Part shown: piece after piece, positions 1 through 11,877 of the stretch
How the letters are laid out: each line of letters begins with the position of its first letter
Position numbering within the stretch: position 1 is the first letter of the stretch
Source: Octopus vulgaris
Taxonomy: Eukaryota
Assembly (NCBI GenBank): GCA_951406725.2
Contig: OX597820.1
Coordinates: forward strand, 112,158,001-112,222,000
Direction of reading: 5' to 3'
DNA length: 64,000 nt
Made by a program: the position numbers and the translations under genes
The notes under the pieces: generated by a model
Databases searched by the model: none
The model's input: the letters and a program-made list of their open reading frames with translations, nothing else
What the model was told of the DNA's origin: nothing

Positions 1-1029
1 TAGAGTCTACAATAATGGTTTCTCTCTTGACTGAGATATTTGACTTACCAACTCATGTCTTAAGGATACCTCACCAAAGTCAAGAGTGGTAGGTTTTCCA
101 TCATTCCCAATGAGTACCCTGTTGTTCAATCTACTGGGTATTAATTCTTGTGAAGTTATTGTGTAAGTAGCTGAGAATTTCACAGGCATGTGTGCCATAA
201 TGCAGTTCTCATTGAATTGGTGCAGTGTGATGTAACAAAACTGGACCTTTGAAATAAAGGGACGGTTATTTCAGTGGGATAGATGCTCTCTTGCTACTTT
301 CTTTTGTATGTCTGTAGAGTGTGGCAGTGGGCAAGCTTAGATTCAGTCAGAGTGAAGTATTTTGTTGGTCTTCATTTGTCACTAATGGTAGGTTTGGAGG
401 CTAATGAGGCTATAACTAGCAATGCTGTTTCTGTAGGTGTGTGTTTTTTTATATGTATTTGTGTTGTAAATATTGAAGAATTGTGTGTGATATGCTATAA
501 AATATGACGGTTCCATTATGTTACTGATAAACAGTGGGACAATAGATTTGTGTAGATCCCGTTTTCTTGGTAGTCAAAGTAGGGTTAGAATAACTGTTCA
601 GCTATGTCTGAGAAGTAACCACGACACCCTCTGCATATGAAGCAGTGTGTGTTTTTGTGGACATGAGGCAGTCATATAAGCTATTTGTTGAAAAGTGTGG
701 GCAGATGAACCTTGTAGAAATAAGTGTTTGTCAAGGATTTTACGTGCTGACAGCTTTTTTATTTTGTAGAATCAGTTGGGAAGTAGTGGTGGCTGGATAA
801 AAAGGAATATAGAAAATATAGTTTGAGCCGAAAAATCTGAAGATTAACTATACTAAGAGTAAAATACTGATTAGTATCTGGGAGTCATCTAGAGCTTAAT
901 AAAAGAAGAGTTTAGATGGAGCTGATTATTAAGCTGTGCCTTGCCTCGAGAAAAAAGATTGGATCCTATGCACTATAAATTTTTTCTGTAATCTGATCTG
1001 GATACAACACAGCAATTATATATATATAT

Positions 1030-1474
1030 AAACTCAGAGTTTTATCTTGACTACCGAGTAATGTAACATATTGTATAGATAAATTTCCTCTATTTACATA
1101 ATATTGAGGTCTCTTTCTTTCTTTTGTTATCTTACCGTTTTATCAATAAATCACCTCCCGGACGACGTTATTCTCAACTAAGAGCTAATACGACCTTTTT
1201 GGGATTATCGCCTAACATCGGTTGAGGACTCTCACAAACAAAAGAATCTAATATGGACGCATATCACATAGATTATTCTATGAAAAAGATTTTTTCATAA
1301 CGTTTTCAAATAGCCAGATAACCGAAGAGATGGTGTTGTGGATTTCCACTTCAGCATCTGAAACTCAGAGTTTTATCTTGACTACCGAGTAATGTAACAT
1401 ATTGTATAGATAAATTTCCTCTATTTACATAATATTGAGGTCTCTTTCTTTCTTTTGTTATCTTACCGTTTTAT
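1030..1474 (+). mobile_element. Non-autonomous Penelope-pLTR/retrozyme-like element: 331-bp unit with 114-bp terminal direct repeat
   Basis: 1030-1143 is identical to 1361-1474 (offset 331). (TA)n flanks both sides, there is no ORF, and an HHR motif spans the start of the second repeat. Confidence 0.7.
1316..1378 (+). ncRNA. Type I hammerhead ribozyme motif (variant core CCGAAGA)
   Basis: Stem I AGATAA(1316-21)/TTATCT(1373-78); core CCGAAGA 1322-28; stem II GATG...CATC; GAAA 1360-63; stem III CT-cag-AG; GUU triplet with predicted cut after 1372. Confidence 0.7.
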
Positions 1475-1476
1475 AT

Positions 1477-1506
<30 letters not shown>

Positions 1507-1513
<7 letters not shown>

Positions 1514-2324
1514 GATCTTGCAGGTATGAAGTGGATTCGACCCACCGTAGCCAAATTTAAATTAACACTTCAACAGAACTTTTCTCATGGTGGAACAATA
1601 GTTTTTCTGTGACAGCAGTTTTATATTTGCCAGATTGTCTTAGCCAGGCTAAAATAATGTCTTTACCACTTGCCCCTTCTAACCTCTTATAGACCACCAA
1701 AAGCTAGAATTAAGATAACAAGTACCACCAACTAAATCCATTGTTCTCATCAATATGTCTATCCTTCTGGATAGTTATAAAAAGAAGAAGCCCCTAGCAA
1801 GAATCAGTTAGTCACTTGGTAACAACTCAATCAGTTAGTGACAACTCATGAGTTGAGAGAGAGCTAACATCAGTTAGTGAACCGACCACTAGAATCATGG
1901 CCACAAGCAGGCAGACAAACAGCCAGAGGGAAAAAGAAAGAAGTTTAGAATCAGTGACTATACAAAACCCAACTTCCCACACTCTCTCACCTTTACTAAC
2001 TCACTTTCTCTTCTCTGCACATTACCATATCTTTCTCTACAGTTTACTACTATAATAAGAACATACAGGCCGAAATTAACTTTTTTACTTCGCATGCTCT
2101 AGGCTTTTATCAGCTGCTTGTCGAGGCAAGGTATTGTATAATGTAACAGTAAAAATAAATATTTTCTTCACAACTTCAATCACTGTTCTTTCATCTTTAC
2201 ATAATGGCAATCAACGAACAACCAGTCCTTACAAACTGATTATGACTCCGATATTCCATCCTACTGTGTATCAACTATCGTTTTTCACATTATTGTTATA
2301 CAAAAATTAATTCCCACCCTTACA
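1507..2324 (+). mobile_element. Possible solo LTR
   Basis: About 820 bp of unique sequence between (TA)n and (CA)n. It has TATAAAA near 1776 and AATAAA near 2154, and ends ...CCTTACA. The 5' TG and the TSD are obscured by the microsatellites. Confidence 0.3.
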
Positions 2325-2351
2325 CACACACACACACTCACACACACACAC

Positions 2352-2750
2352 AGGTATCTCAAAAGTCACTGATGGATTTCAATTTTTAATAACTTCTTTA
2401 ACTTTACAAATAAATGCATGAAATTTTGATACACTATAAAGGACATATTGAAAATTAAAATGCACAAGTCAAATTTTGCAAATGACATCACTTGAATGGC
2501 AACCATTTTTGGCTTCACACACTGTTGCCCTTTCCAAAACTTGCACCCTCAAGAGTTTCAGACCCTATTTCTCTGATTTTTCTATTGATGTTCTCCTTCA
2601 GTTGCACCAGGGTCTTTGGTTTGTTGACATAAACCCTCTCTTTTGGGTATCCCCACAAGAAAAAATCCAGGCTAGTCAAGTCTGGGGAACATGAAGGCCA
2701 GTTGACATTGCTGTAGCAGGAGATTATTCTCTCTCCAAAGCACTGTTGTA
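2352..2750 (-). mobile_element. Tc1/mariner-superfamily transposon 3' fragment
   Basis: Minus strand near 2645-2700 reads WPSCSPDLTSLDFFLWGY (the WPPRSPDLTPLDFFLWG motif). A terminus-like CAGGTATCTCAAAAGTC lies at 2351. Confidence 0.65.
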
Positions 2751-2811
2751 GATTTACCTCTCCTTCAGATTTCAGGCCTTGTGTCTATATTAGAAAAATT
2801 ATTATTATTAT

Positions 2812-3195
2812 CAAGGCAACAAGCTGGCAGAATCATTAGCACACCTGCAAAATGCTTAACAGCATTCTGTCTTACTTTATATTTTGAGTTCAAATTCCAT
2901 AGAGGTTGATTTTACCTTTCAGAGTTGATAAAATAAATACCAGTTGAACATGGGTTGATCTATATGACTTTAGCAACCTCCCCTGAAATTGCTGGCTTCA
3001 AGCTAAAATTTGAAACCATTATTACTATTGTTATTGTTGCTGATATTATTAAGGTGGTGAGCTGGTGGAAGCATTAGCAGGCCAGGCAAACTACTTTGCT
3101 GTATTTTGTTCATCTTTACGTTCTGAGTTCAAATTCTGCAAGGTTGACTTTGCCTTTCATTCTTTTAGGATCACTATATTAAGTTCCAGTGAAAC
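2812..3195 (+). mobile_element. Two tandem decayed tRNA-derived SINEs (Meta-domain-type family A)
   Basis: Both show the head AAGGYRRYRAGCTGG..AGAA, the B-box GAGTTCAAATTC and the body GCCTTTCATCCTTT, shared with the copy at 21560. Confidence 0.7.
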
Positions 3196-3229
3196 ACTTT
3201 TGAGTTTTAAAAACAAAAATTCAATATGA

Positions 3230-4585
3230 CTTTCCAAATTGAGGGGGACTGATTGTTCTTGGAACAGCCATTTTGGTGTTTTGTACCTTCCATTAGTTAA
3301 TGCGATTGAGAGGCAGAACAAAGACAACAATAGCAGCAGTAGCAACAACAACAACTGTAACAGAAGCAGCAGCAGCAGCAGCAATGACGGCCAAGATAAA
3401 GTTAGAAATGATGCAAGCACAACGTCCATCACCACCAACAACAACAACAACACTACCACCACCATGTTAAACACCGATAAAAATAGTAAAGCAATAACAG
3501 TTGCTTTTCCAAAGTAGAAACAGTGAGTTCACACAGATGTAGGTGGAGTTATCAGAAGGGAAGCTGGATAGAATTAAAATGCACCTAACCAAGGCCGGTA
3601 GAACAGTCCACTTTAACACACCAGGGGAGGTGCAAGAAGCAATCTGAAGAAGGAATATCACATACAAATGTATATCCCTGAAGTCAAGAAGACTAGAAAG
3701 AGCAACAAAGCCTAGATCAAAAAATGCCTGAGACTAGTGTGGAATCTAAAATCATATGTCACCCATAGCAAAAGCTTTGTCACAGCAGAAGTAAGGTACT
3801 CAACTGAAGAAGTATCCAAAGAAAATTCCACAACAACCCTAAAAAGGAGGAATTCTACAGGATTCTCACATATCTTGGTTAGAGGGTTTCAAAGTGAAGG
3901 TAGCAGAGGTGCCACTAGAAACCGACATCTCTATGTTGGCAGCAACCATGTTATATGGCATGGAGGACAAAATGAAGATTTTATAAGTCCATAAAATTAA
4001 GAAAGAAAATTGATATAGTATAGGGATGGAACTCTTGTTGCATGCTGATTTCACAATGGCACAAGTGATTCCCGATTTAAATGATCTTCCAGGAGGCTCA
4101 AAACTATTTGTAGTAGTAGAGGACAGAAAGCTGAGATGCCACATTTGTGGGAAAACAAACCATTTAAAGGCTTTCTGCCCCTCACCAACAAAAGAAAAAA
4201 CTGCACTGCTGCAGACATTTTCAGCATAACAACAACAGCAATAGTGCCAGTAGAGGGAGATGACCACTATGGCAACAAAAACAACAGCAACACCAATCAT
4301 AGCAGTACTGACAGTAGCAACTCCAACAACAACAGTGGAAGCAACTGCAGCAAATAGAACCAAGAACTCACCAATGTATGGCTTCCCAAATTGAGGGGAC
4401 TGATTGTTCTTGGAACAGCCATTTTGGTGTTTTGTACCTTCCATTAGTTAATGCGATTGAGAAGCAGAACAAAGACAACAATAGCAGCAACAACAACAAC
4501 AACTGTGACAGAAACAGCAGCAGCAGCAGCAGCAGCAATGATGGCCAAGATAAAGTTAGAAATGATGCAAGCACAACGTCCATCA
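3230..4585 (+). repeat. ~200-bp direct duplication (3230-3432 and 4382-4585) with CAA/CAG tracts
   Basis: The two blocks are near-identical, and the ORF track shows the same peptide twice (GTDCSWNSHFGVLYLPLVNAIE...). Confidence 0.9.
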
Positions 4586-7500
4586 CTATTTCCATCACTC
4601 ACACACCAGAGAGCAACAAGAACAACAATATCAGAACCTCACCCCATAAAAAACAACAACTTTATCAAAAGAACAGCAAAAAGCTCCACAAGATTTGCTC
4701 CTCCTCTGTTCAGAGCACTTAAACATGTCCTGTGCAGGTGGGGTGGGGTGGGACAAAGAGTGAAAATCAGTAGGTCAAACAAAAGAAACAAAAACACACT
4801 GATGTCAACAAAAATCTGGCATGTACAATCAGAGGGGCAAGACAGTTTCGAAATCAAATACACAAATACCTGCCCCAACAGCAGCCACACCACTATTGTC
4901 AACATCATCCCCATCGCTACTTTCACCACCACCACCATCACAAGCACAACCCAGTTCATATACTCAACTTTCAGATTGCACATCCAAACACCAGCAAAAT
5001 TCAAACATTATTAACTACACAGCAATAAACATATATATAACCCTACCAACGTCACATACACTGGTTTCGTTACACTAACAAACAACACACCTACACACAT
5101 AAAAGTCATCCTGACATCACAAAACACATATAACACCATAAAAAGTAAATATCCTGAAGGAGTTGGGGATTTCAGGAGAGATACTGACAAAAGATTGTAC
5201 GAAGAACTGCTCATAGAAACATCCACATATAACTATGGGGACATGACAACTATCCCCACCTCACCAAAACCACATCACTGTAGGTAACCCTTTCCACATC
5301 TATTCCTTAATCTGATATGGCCTTGCTTAGGACAGGCTGTATAAATGCACAATGAGCTGAAGTCACTCTGGAATGAAAACCATCTACTCAATGACCTCAG
5401 GTCACTTAGTATTGATGTAGTGAAACCAGACTCTATAACTGACAAGCATTCGTGCCCATTTTCAGTGGATTTGAGATCTACTTATCTCCATATCAACTAG
5501 GAATGGGAAGTGGAACTATAGTGTTGTTTCGGAGAGGTCTAAACCTCAAGATAAGGACTATCTTGGGGTCAGAAGATAAGTGGTAGTCCTGGATGTGAAC
5601 AGTAATGACAGGGGCTGATGTCTGTTTATAATCTAACAGGAGCAGGATAGCTGGACTTCTTCAGATGTCTGGAGATTTTCCTAGGAATGTCTTTAGTGTT
5701 AGTGGGCAATTGGAATGACATCTTAGAGCCACATTTAGACTGTGTGGCTAGTAGATAGAAAAGTGGGGGTTCAAACAAGCCTGTTCAAATATTTCCAACT
5801 GACTAGATTTACTAATGTGGACTTGGATGAATTGCATCAGGTGATTCAGGTCATATCTGGCAGGACAATTGGTGTAGGCCAGTAGATAAGGATAGTATAA
5901 ATTCTTCACTTTTCAAACTTGTTGGCTGCACAGACCACAAATTTGTGATCTGTATGGTCGACCTAGATAGGCTTAGAAGCTGAACATGTCACTCCAGGCA
6001 TACCAAGCTTACAGAGACTGGATTAGAGTGTGAGTTAAACAGGTGTTGACAGGGGGAAATCAACAAGAAGTGGTTGTTTGCCCTGGAAAGTGCAATTAAA
6101 GCAGAATCAGTTAGGCTTAGTAAAGCATTAGTGATAGAAAGACAAGACATGAAATAGAAAAGAATTTCATTAGAAACTTAGAAGGGGCACTTAAGAAAGG
6201 CATTGCAACAGACGTGCTGGCTGCAAGATTTCTTCAGGTTGCATTGTCAGAGCTAAAATGCATGCTCTAAAACAAGAGGGAATGAAATCCACTTAATGGG
6301 TCTGAATGACACTGGTGCAATATGGAAACAAAACCACAATTTGGTCTTTGGCAGACAAAAATGGATGCACAGTACTTGAACCCAAGCAGATCTGTGCAGC
6401 ATTTCAGCAGCACTTCACCCAACTGTTTGGGAAGAATGGCAGTCCAGAACACAGGATGGACTTCGATGCCTATCTTGATAGTATATCATGACTCTCAGTG
6501 AGGGGTAGTGGAGAGTATGCTGATAACAACTACAGAAATATAGGATGTAATGTTAGGTTGCATGGGGTGGGAGTGGAGGTCAAATCATTGGGTTTGGATG
6601 GTCTACCCTACAAGCTTAACTTTTATTGGACAGTCTTGTTTGGCAGTCTCTTAGATATCTACTGCAACTGGGAGCAGAATGTGAGAATTCCTAATTTTGT
6701 GAATCAAGGAGTGGTGGTGCTACTGAGAAAGGACCCAAACAAGGGGGTTCAAACAGAAAATTTTAGGCCCATGCAGATTTCAAAATTTTGGCCATGGTTG
6801 TCATTAAGGAACTGATTGGTGATGTACAACTTCCACCTCATGCAATACATCATAAGCAAGGTGGTTAAGAACCTGGTATGAGTGGGGTCCTATTCAATTT
6901 GGATCAATCTAAAGCCTTTGATAGGGTTGATCACTAATACTTGGCAACTGTTCTCATGGCAGCCAGTTTCAGTCCCATTTTCCATGGTTAGATCACTGCA
7001 ATGTACAGCGACATTTGCTCAGTAATTCAGGTGAATGGTTACCTATCATAATCATTCAACATCATGTATTCAGTCTGTCAAGGGTGATCGCCATTTGTCA
7101 GACAAGATTTTCCACAACTCATCTCTTTGTCTGAGCTGTAGTCCTGGATCAAGCTTAGACTGAGGTTGAGTGCTTGGCACCTGGAGTATCTCCAGATGCT
7201 CACAGTCTCTATCAGTTGGGCAATGCAATCAGTGGTAGTTCCACTCAGGTGTTTTATAGACTGTTAGGGGTGAGAAAGTGTGGCAACATTCTCAGGGAGC
7301 CTCTGAGCATTGACGAACTTTCAGGCTGGGGCCTATGGATAACTTCCAGAAATCCCTGGCCTTGCAGTGCTATGAGGGGCATTACTAGTTTGAGATAAGC
7401 CTTACAGGCATGAAAGTACCATCAACTGGACTTGTCTAAGATGTGCACAGAGTGACAAATCTGTTCTGCATGCCCTTATCCAGTGCCTGAGCATTGCTGA

Positions 7501-7990
7501 CTCGTGTGCTGGGAAGGGCAGGTAGTGTTTCTTTGGTGGCCTTAGTGAAAGAGGTTTTGTGGTGGACCAGATCAAAAGGGCTGAAGATAGATACTTTCCT
7601 CTTTGGCCAAGCTCTCATCAACTTTTCCAAGTTCCATTTGAAAAGGAAAGTGAGGGTAGAGAGGGAAATGTTGCCTCCCAGCAATTTTGTTAAAAGGTGA
7701 GTGAATGTAGCATGAATGACCTAAGTGAATGGGCCTACTCTAAGCATGCACCTCTAGATTGAGGGCAGATGAAGAGGAGAGGGCACCTGCCCTAGAGGTC
7801 AGGGTGGTTGTGGTTTTTGTGGTGTTTCCATGAGCAGTGCTTGGAAGTCTCCCTCTTTTGGGGATTTTAATTGTAATAAGCTCTGTTTTATTCTGTTTTC
7901 CCACATTTCATTCCCACTCTTTTTGTATTGTATTGATTAGTACCATCCCCAATCTTTTATATGAACCCTCAGTGGTTAATAATAAAAAAA
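3230..7990 (+). mobile_element. Decayed L1/Tx1-clade LINE (ORF1 with CCHC knuckle, ORF2 endonuclease-RT remnants, A-rich end)
   Basis: CHICGKTNHLKAFC knuckle in ORF 4026-4229; GLDGLP near 6590; LDQSKAFDRVDH at 6899-6934; SVCQG*SP at 7070; AATAATAAAAAAA near 7980. There are many stops and frameshifts and an internal deletion (no YADD). Confidence 0.8.
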
Positions 7991-7991
7991 G

Positions 7992-8010
7992 ATTGTTGTT
8001 GTTGTTGTTA

Positions 8011-8089
<79 letters not shown>
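7992..8089. repeat. (TTG)n(TTA)n microsatellite
   Basis: Direct reading. Confidence 0.95.
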
Positions 8090-8090
<1 letters not shown>

Positions 8091-9232
8091 AAGGAAAATG
8101 TGACCAAGACATATACCAGATCTAAAAACGTATGGCAGTTGGAGCTTTCTTCTAGCAATAAGACAATGCCTTTGCACTGATAACAATATTTGGGATATTT
8201 AACTGGCTTATAGAGGAGATCAATGCCATAGGTATTAAAATAAGCAAGATCCTGTTGACAGGCTTTATCTCAGAAGAAAAGAATGGAATGTAGCTTAAGA
8301 TCAGAGCAGACAACAATTGAATGTCAAAGTATCATTCAGACGGTATCAGCTAAATAACTGCAGCAAATATAAATACAACTATCAAGTGATCAAAAGGGAA
8401 GAAAGAAATATCTTATGGGATAGCAGTGAACTCCAGAAGTACTAACTCCTCAACGATCACCAATGCAACCCTAGAACTGCTGGATTGTCCCACCTCAAAA
8501 ATCTAGTAGAGAAATGCCCACCAATCCACAAAAAAGTTGTACATGAGAATGTTTTCTGTAAACTTGAGGTTGATGCTAATGTTATAAAATGTGGCAAGTG
8601 TCTTCTACTATTGCCCCAGACATTGTTTCTTCCATCAATTTTCTATAACAATGAGAGATATATACTGACTTCATCAGTGATGCCATCCTTCACCTCTCTT
8701 GTCATAGAATTATTGAAAGAACCACTAAAAATATGTATTAGTTGGTGTGCATAATAAAAATGTTTTAGAGAATAACTGATTCAAATATGTGGTTGCTTAG
8801 TTCTAAATACGACCTAATCAAACAAAACGATTGGAGCTATGAGTGTCTAATTCTTTCTTTAGAAGGTGGGGGCTCTAGGACTAAATTCTCAATCATGTCA
8901 TTTCCTTATTTTAAACAATAAGCTGTGCTTTGCTACTATTTCTAGCAGGTCAAGTGACCACCTAGTGACTGTTTACTCGGTTCATCAGCTTGAAGGCATT
9001 TTAATAGCTAAGATAATCTATGTTATCCATTCATTCAGAACCTCATTTTATTTTACAATTTATGTAAGAATGCATTTGAAAAATAAATAAATAAATAAAG
9101 AGTTATTGTTGCTTGCAATGTTTGCTTAGATTCAATGTAAAAGCAAAGTATAAAAGGTTATCTGTACTTATCCTTATCTGGAAATTCAGTTACAACAATG
9201 AAAGTTTTTTTTGTTTAAAAAATATAGAACAT

Positions 9233-10600
9233 TCATCATCATCATCATCATCGTTTAACGTCCGCTTTCCATGCTAGCATGGGTTGGGCGATTTTGACTG
9301 AGGGCTAGCAAACCAGATGGCTGCATCAGGCTCCAATCTTGATCTGGCAGAGTTTCTACAGCTGGATGCCCTTCCTAACGCCAACCACTCTGTGAGTGTA
9401 GTGGGTGCTTTTTACGTGGCACCGGCACGGGGGCCAGTCAGGCGGTACCGGCAATGACCTCGCTCAAATCTTTTTACACATGCCAGTGAAGTGACGTTGG
9501 TAACGATCATGCTCGAATGGTGCCCTTTTACGTGCCAGGGGTACGGAAGCCAGTTGGCTGCTCTGACAACGATCACGCTCAGATTGGCACCCTACTAGCA
9601 CATGCACAAGTGCCTGTAAGGCGACGCTGGTAACGATCATACTCGAATGGTGCCCTTTTATGTGCACTGGCATGGAAGCCGGTTAGCCGCTCTGTCCACA
9701 ATCACAATGATCATTGTAAATATGAAACCAATATATAGCAACAGTGAGGACAAGAGATAATGAAACAAACATAAACACACACATACACATGCTCATTCTA
9801 GGAAAAGATTATTACAAACCTCTTGTTTACTTTATTTGTTGATTGCCTATCTTGTCTGTATAGGAGGATAGTTAAACAATGCCAGGTTTAGGTGTAAGTT
9901 ATAGTTTGGGATCTTTTAGATAATCTGCAGGGTTCAAAACAAATTTAAAGGAATTTATTTCCAATTTTTGTGAGACCCAGAGTAATTTTTTAATAAGGAA
10001 TTTCCAAACTTTATATCATCATCAGCATCATTTAACGTCCATTTTCCATGCTAGCATGGGTTGGACAGTTTGACTGAAAACTGGTAAGCTGGTGAGCTGC
10101 ACCAAGTTCCAATCTGATTTGGCAGGGTTTCTACAGCTGGATGCCCTTCTTAACACCAACCACTTCAAGAGTGTAGTGGGTGCTTTTTACATGCCAATGG
10201 TATGGGTGCTAGCAGAATGTATGCCAAGTGATCTCACTTGGCTTGGCAGATCTTCGCAAGTACAATATATTGCCAAAGGTCTCGATCACTTGCCATATAT
10301 ATATATATATATACATATATATACATATATGACTTAGTGTCTCACTATGTCTAAATTTGACTTTGTTGGTATTATCATCATCATAAACATTTAACATTTG
10401 TTTTCCATGCTGGTGTGGGTTGGATGGCTAGACAGGAACTGGCAAGGCCAGGTGCCATACCAGGTCCCATAGTCTGTTTTGGCTTGGTTTCTATGGCCGA
10501 ATGCTCTTCCTGACACCAACCACTCCACAGACTGCACTGAATGCTTTTTACATAGTGCCAGCACCAATGCTTTTTATGTGGCACCAGCACTCACACCAAT
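9233..10600 (-). mobile_element. Three RTE-type 3' ends with (GAT)n tails (9233-9700, 10015-10292, 10372-10600)
   Basis: Each starts on + with (CAT)n followed by TTTAACGTCCGCTTTCCATGC-like sequence, the same as the 3' end of the RT-bearing RTE at 11878. Confidence 0.8.
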
Positions 10601-10604
10601 GTTC

Positions 10605-11538
10605 TAGGATCTTGAAGAATGAAGCAAAGTCCTGGTTCCATGTCCTGAAACTGGTGATCCTTACATCTGCCTCGACCAGGTTCCATTACTTAAGCCAGGA
10701 TACAAGGAGCTCTGACTGCTGCTTAGATAGATACAAATCATGGGCAAGGTCCTTCAGGTCTTCCTGCATGATCCAGTGGGGCTCATTGCCACTTGCTCCT
10801 GAATAAACAGAGACATTGCATTCAGAAGAGATCTACTTGGGAGAATCTTCCCCTGAAGGCATTTCTTCATCTGATGAAGGAAGAAGATCCTTATTTGTTG
10901 GATGTGTAGGGACAGGGAGATCATCTGAATGGGGAACAGGTTTCATAGCTGAAGGAAGGTTGGGATATTTGATCTTTTTTCTAGAAGAAGCATTGAAACC
11001 TGTTATATTTGTAAGACAAAAATAACAATCATCTACATGGCTTCTTGACTCTCTCCAGACCATTGGGACAAGAAAGCTGAAGGCTGTTTTCTTGTTGTTA
11101 AACCATGAAGATAGTCCATTGTAGTAGGGTTTACAACAGATGTGTGGGGCCCAGGATTTGTCCTGATCTCCAATTTTACAGTCAAAATAATGAAAGTAAG
11201 CAGTTCTCAGGAGGGAAGTACTTGTTCAGTGCTGTGTAACTGTCATGAAATCCCCACACATATAGCAGAATGAGTTTGTCTTGTTGATGTATCGTCGGTG
11301 TTTTGAAGTGCCTGAAGCCTTTGTAGAGATATGTATCATATGTATCACAAAAATCTGGAAAACAAAATAAAAATTGATCATATATATGGTTACATGAATT
11401 GTTGCAAAATCATAGTAATGTATATCTCAAAAACTAGAGGTGATGAGTGAAAATTGGTTTTGTATCTGAAATGAACACACCAAAATTAAGTAAGAATGAC
11501 TATTTTTATGTTTGCCTCAATTTCTCAGTAAACCAGTG
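10605..11538 (-). mobile_element. Chapaev3-type (CMC) DNA transposon, 5' half only
   Basis: Minus strand encodes FCYMCG, VWRESRSHVDDCYFC, YPNLPSAMKPVPHS and DLYLSKQQSELL, homologous to the element at 24460. The CACTGG terminus is at 11538, next to TAA. Confidence 0.75.
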
Positions 11539-11877
11539 TAATTTCCATGTTAATCATGAATTAGAAATTGCAACAAGTTCACATATTGGAAAGAATTATT
11601 CTGTAACTCTTAAAAAGGTTTTGTAATTATGCTGCCAAGACAGGAAAAAATATACACACTGAATTCATATTAGCCAACAGTAGTGGTATGTCAAGATTGA
11701 GTAAGTGCTGTGATAATGGCTATTAAAAACAGCAAGAGAGTATGTGGATAGCTGAGCTGCAGGCCACCACACACTGGGGCAAGAGGTGAGACATATGAAA
11801 ATGAATTGGCTGGTCTCTGTATAAATGGCCTAGTGAGAGTGGAGATGCTATTTTGCCTGTTCATCTTCTGCAAATCT

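Noticed and set aside
1-960. Possible LINE ORF1 on the minus strand (Cys-containing snippets)
   Set aside because: No coherent motif could be read in one frame.
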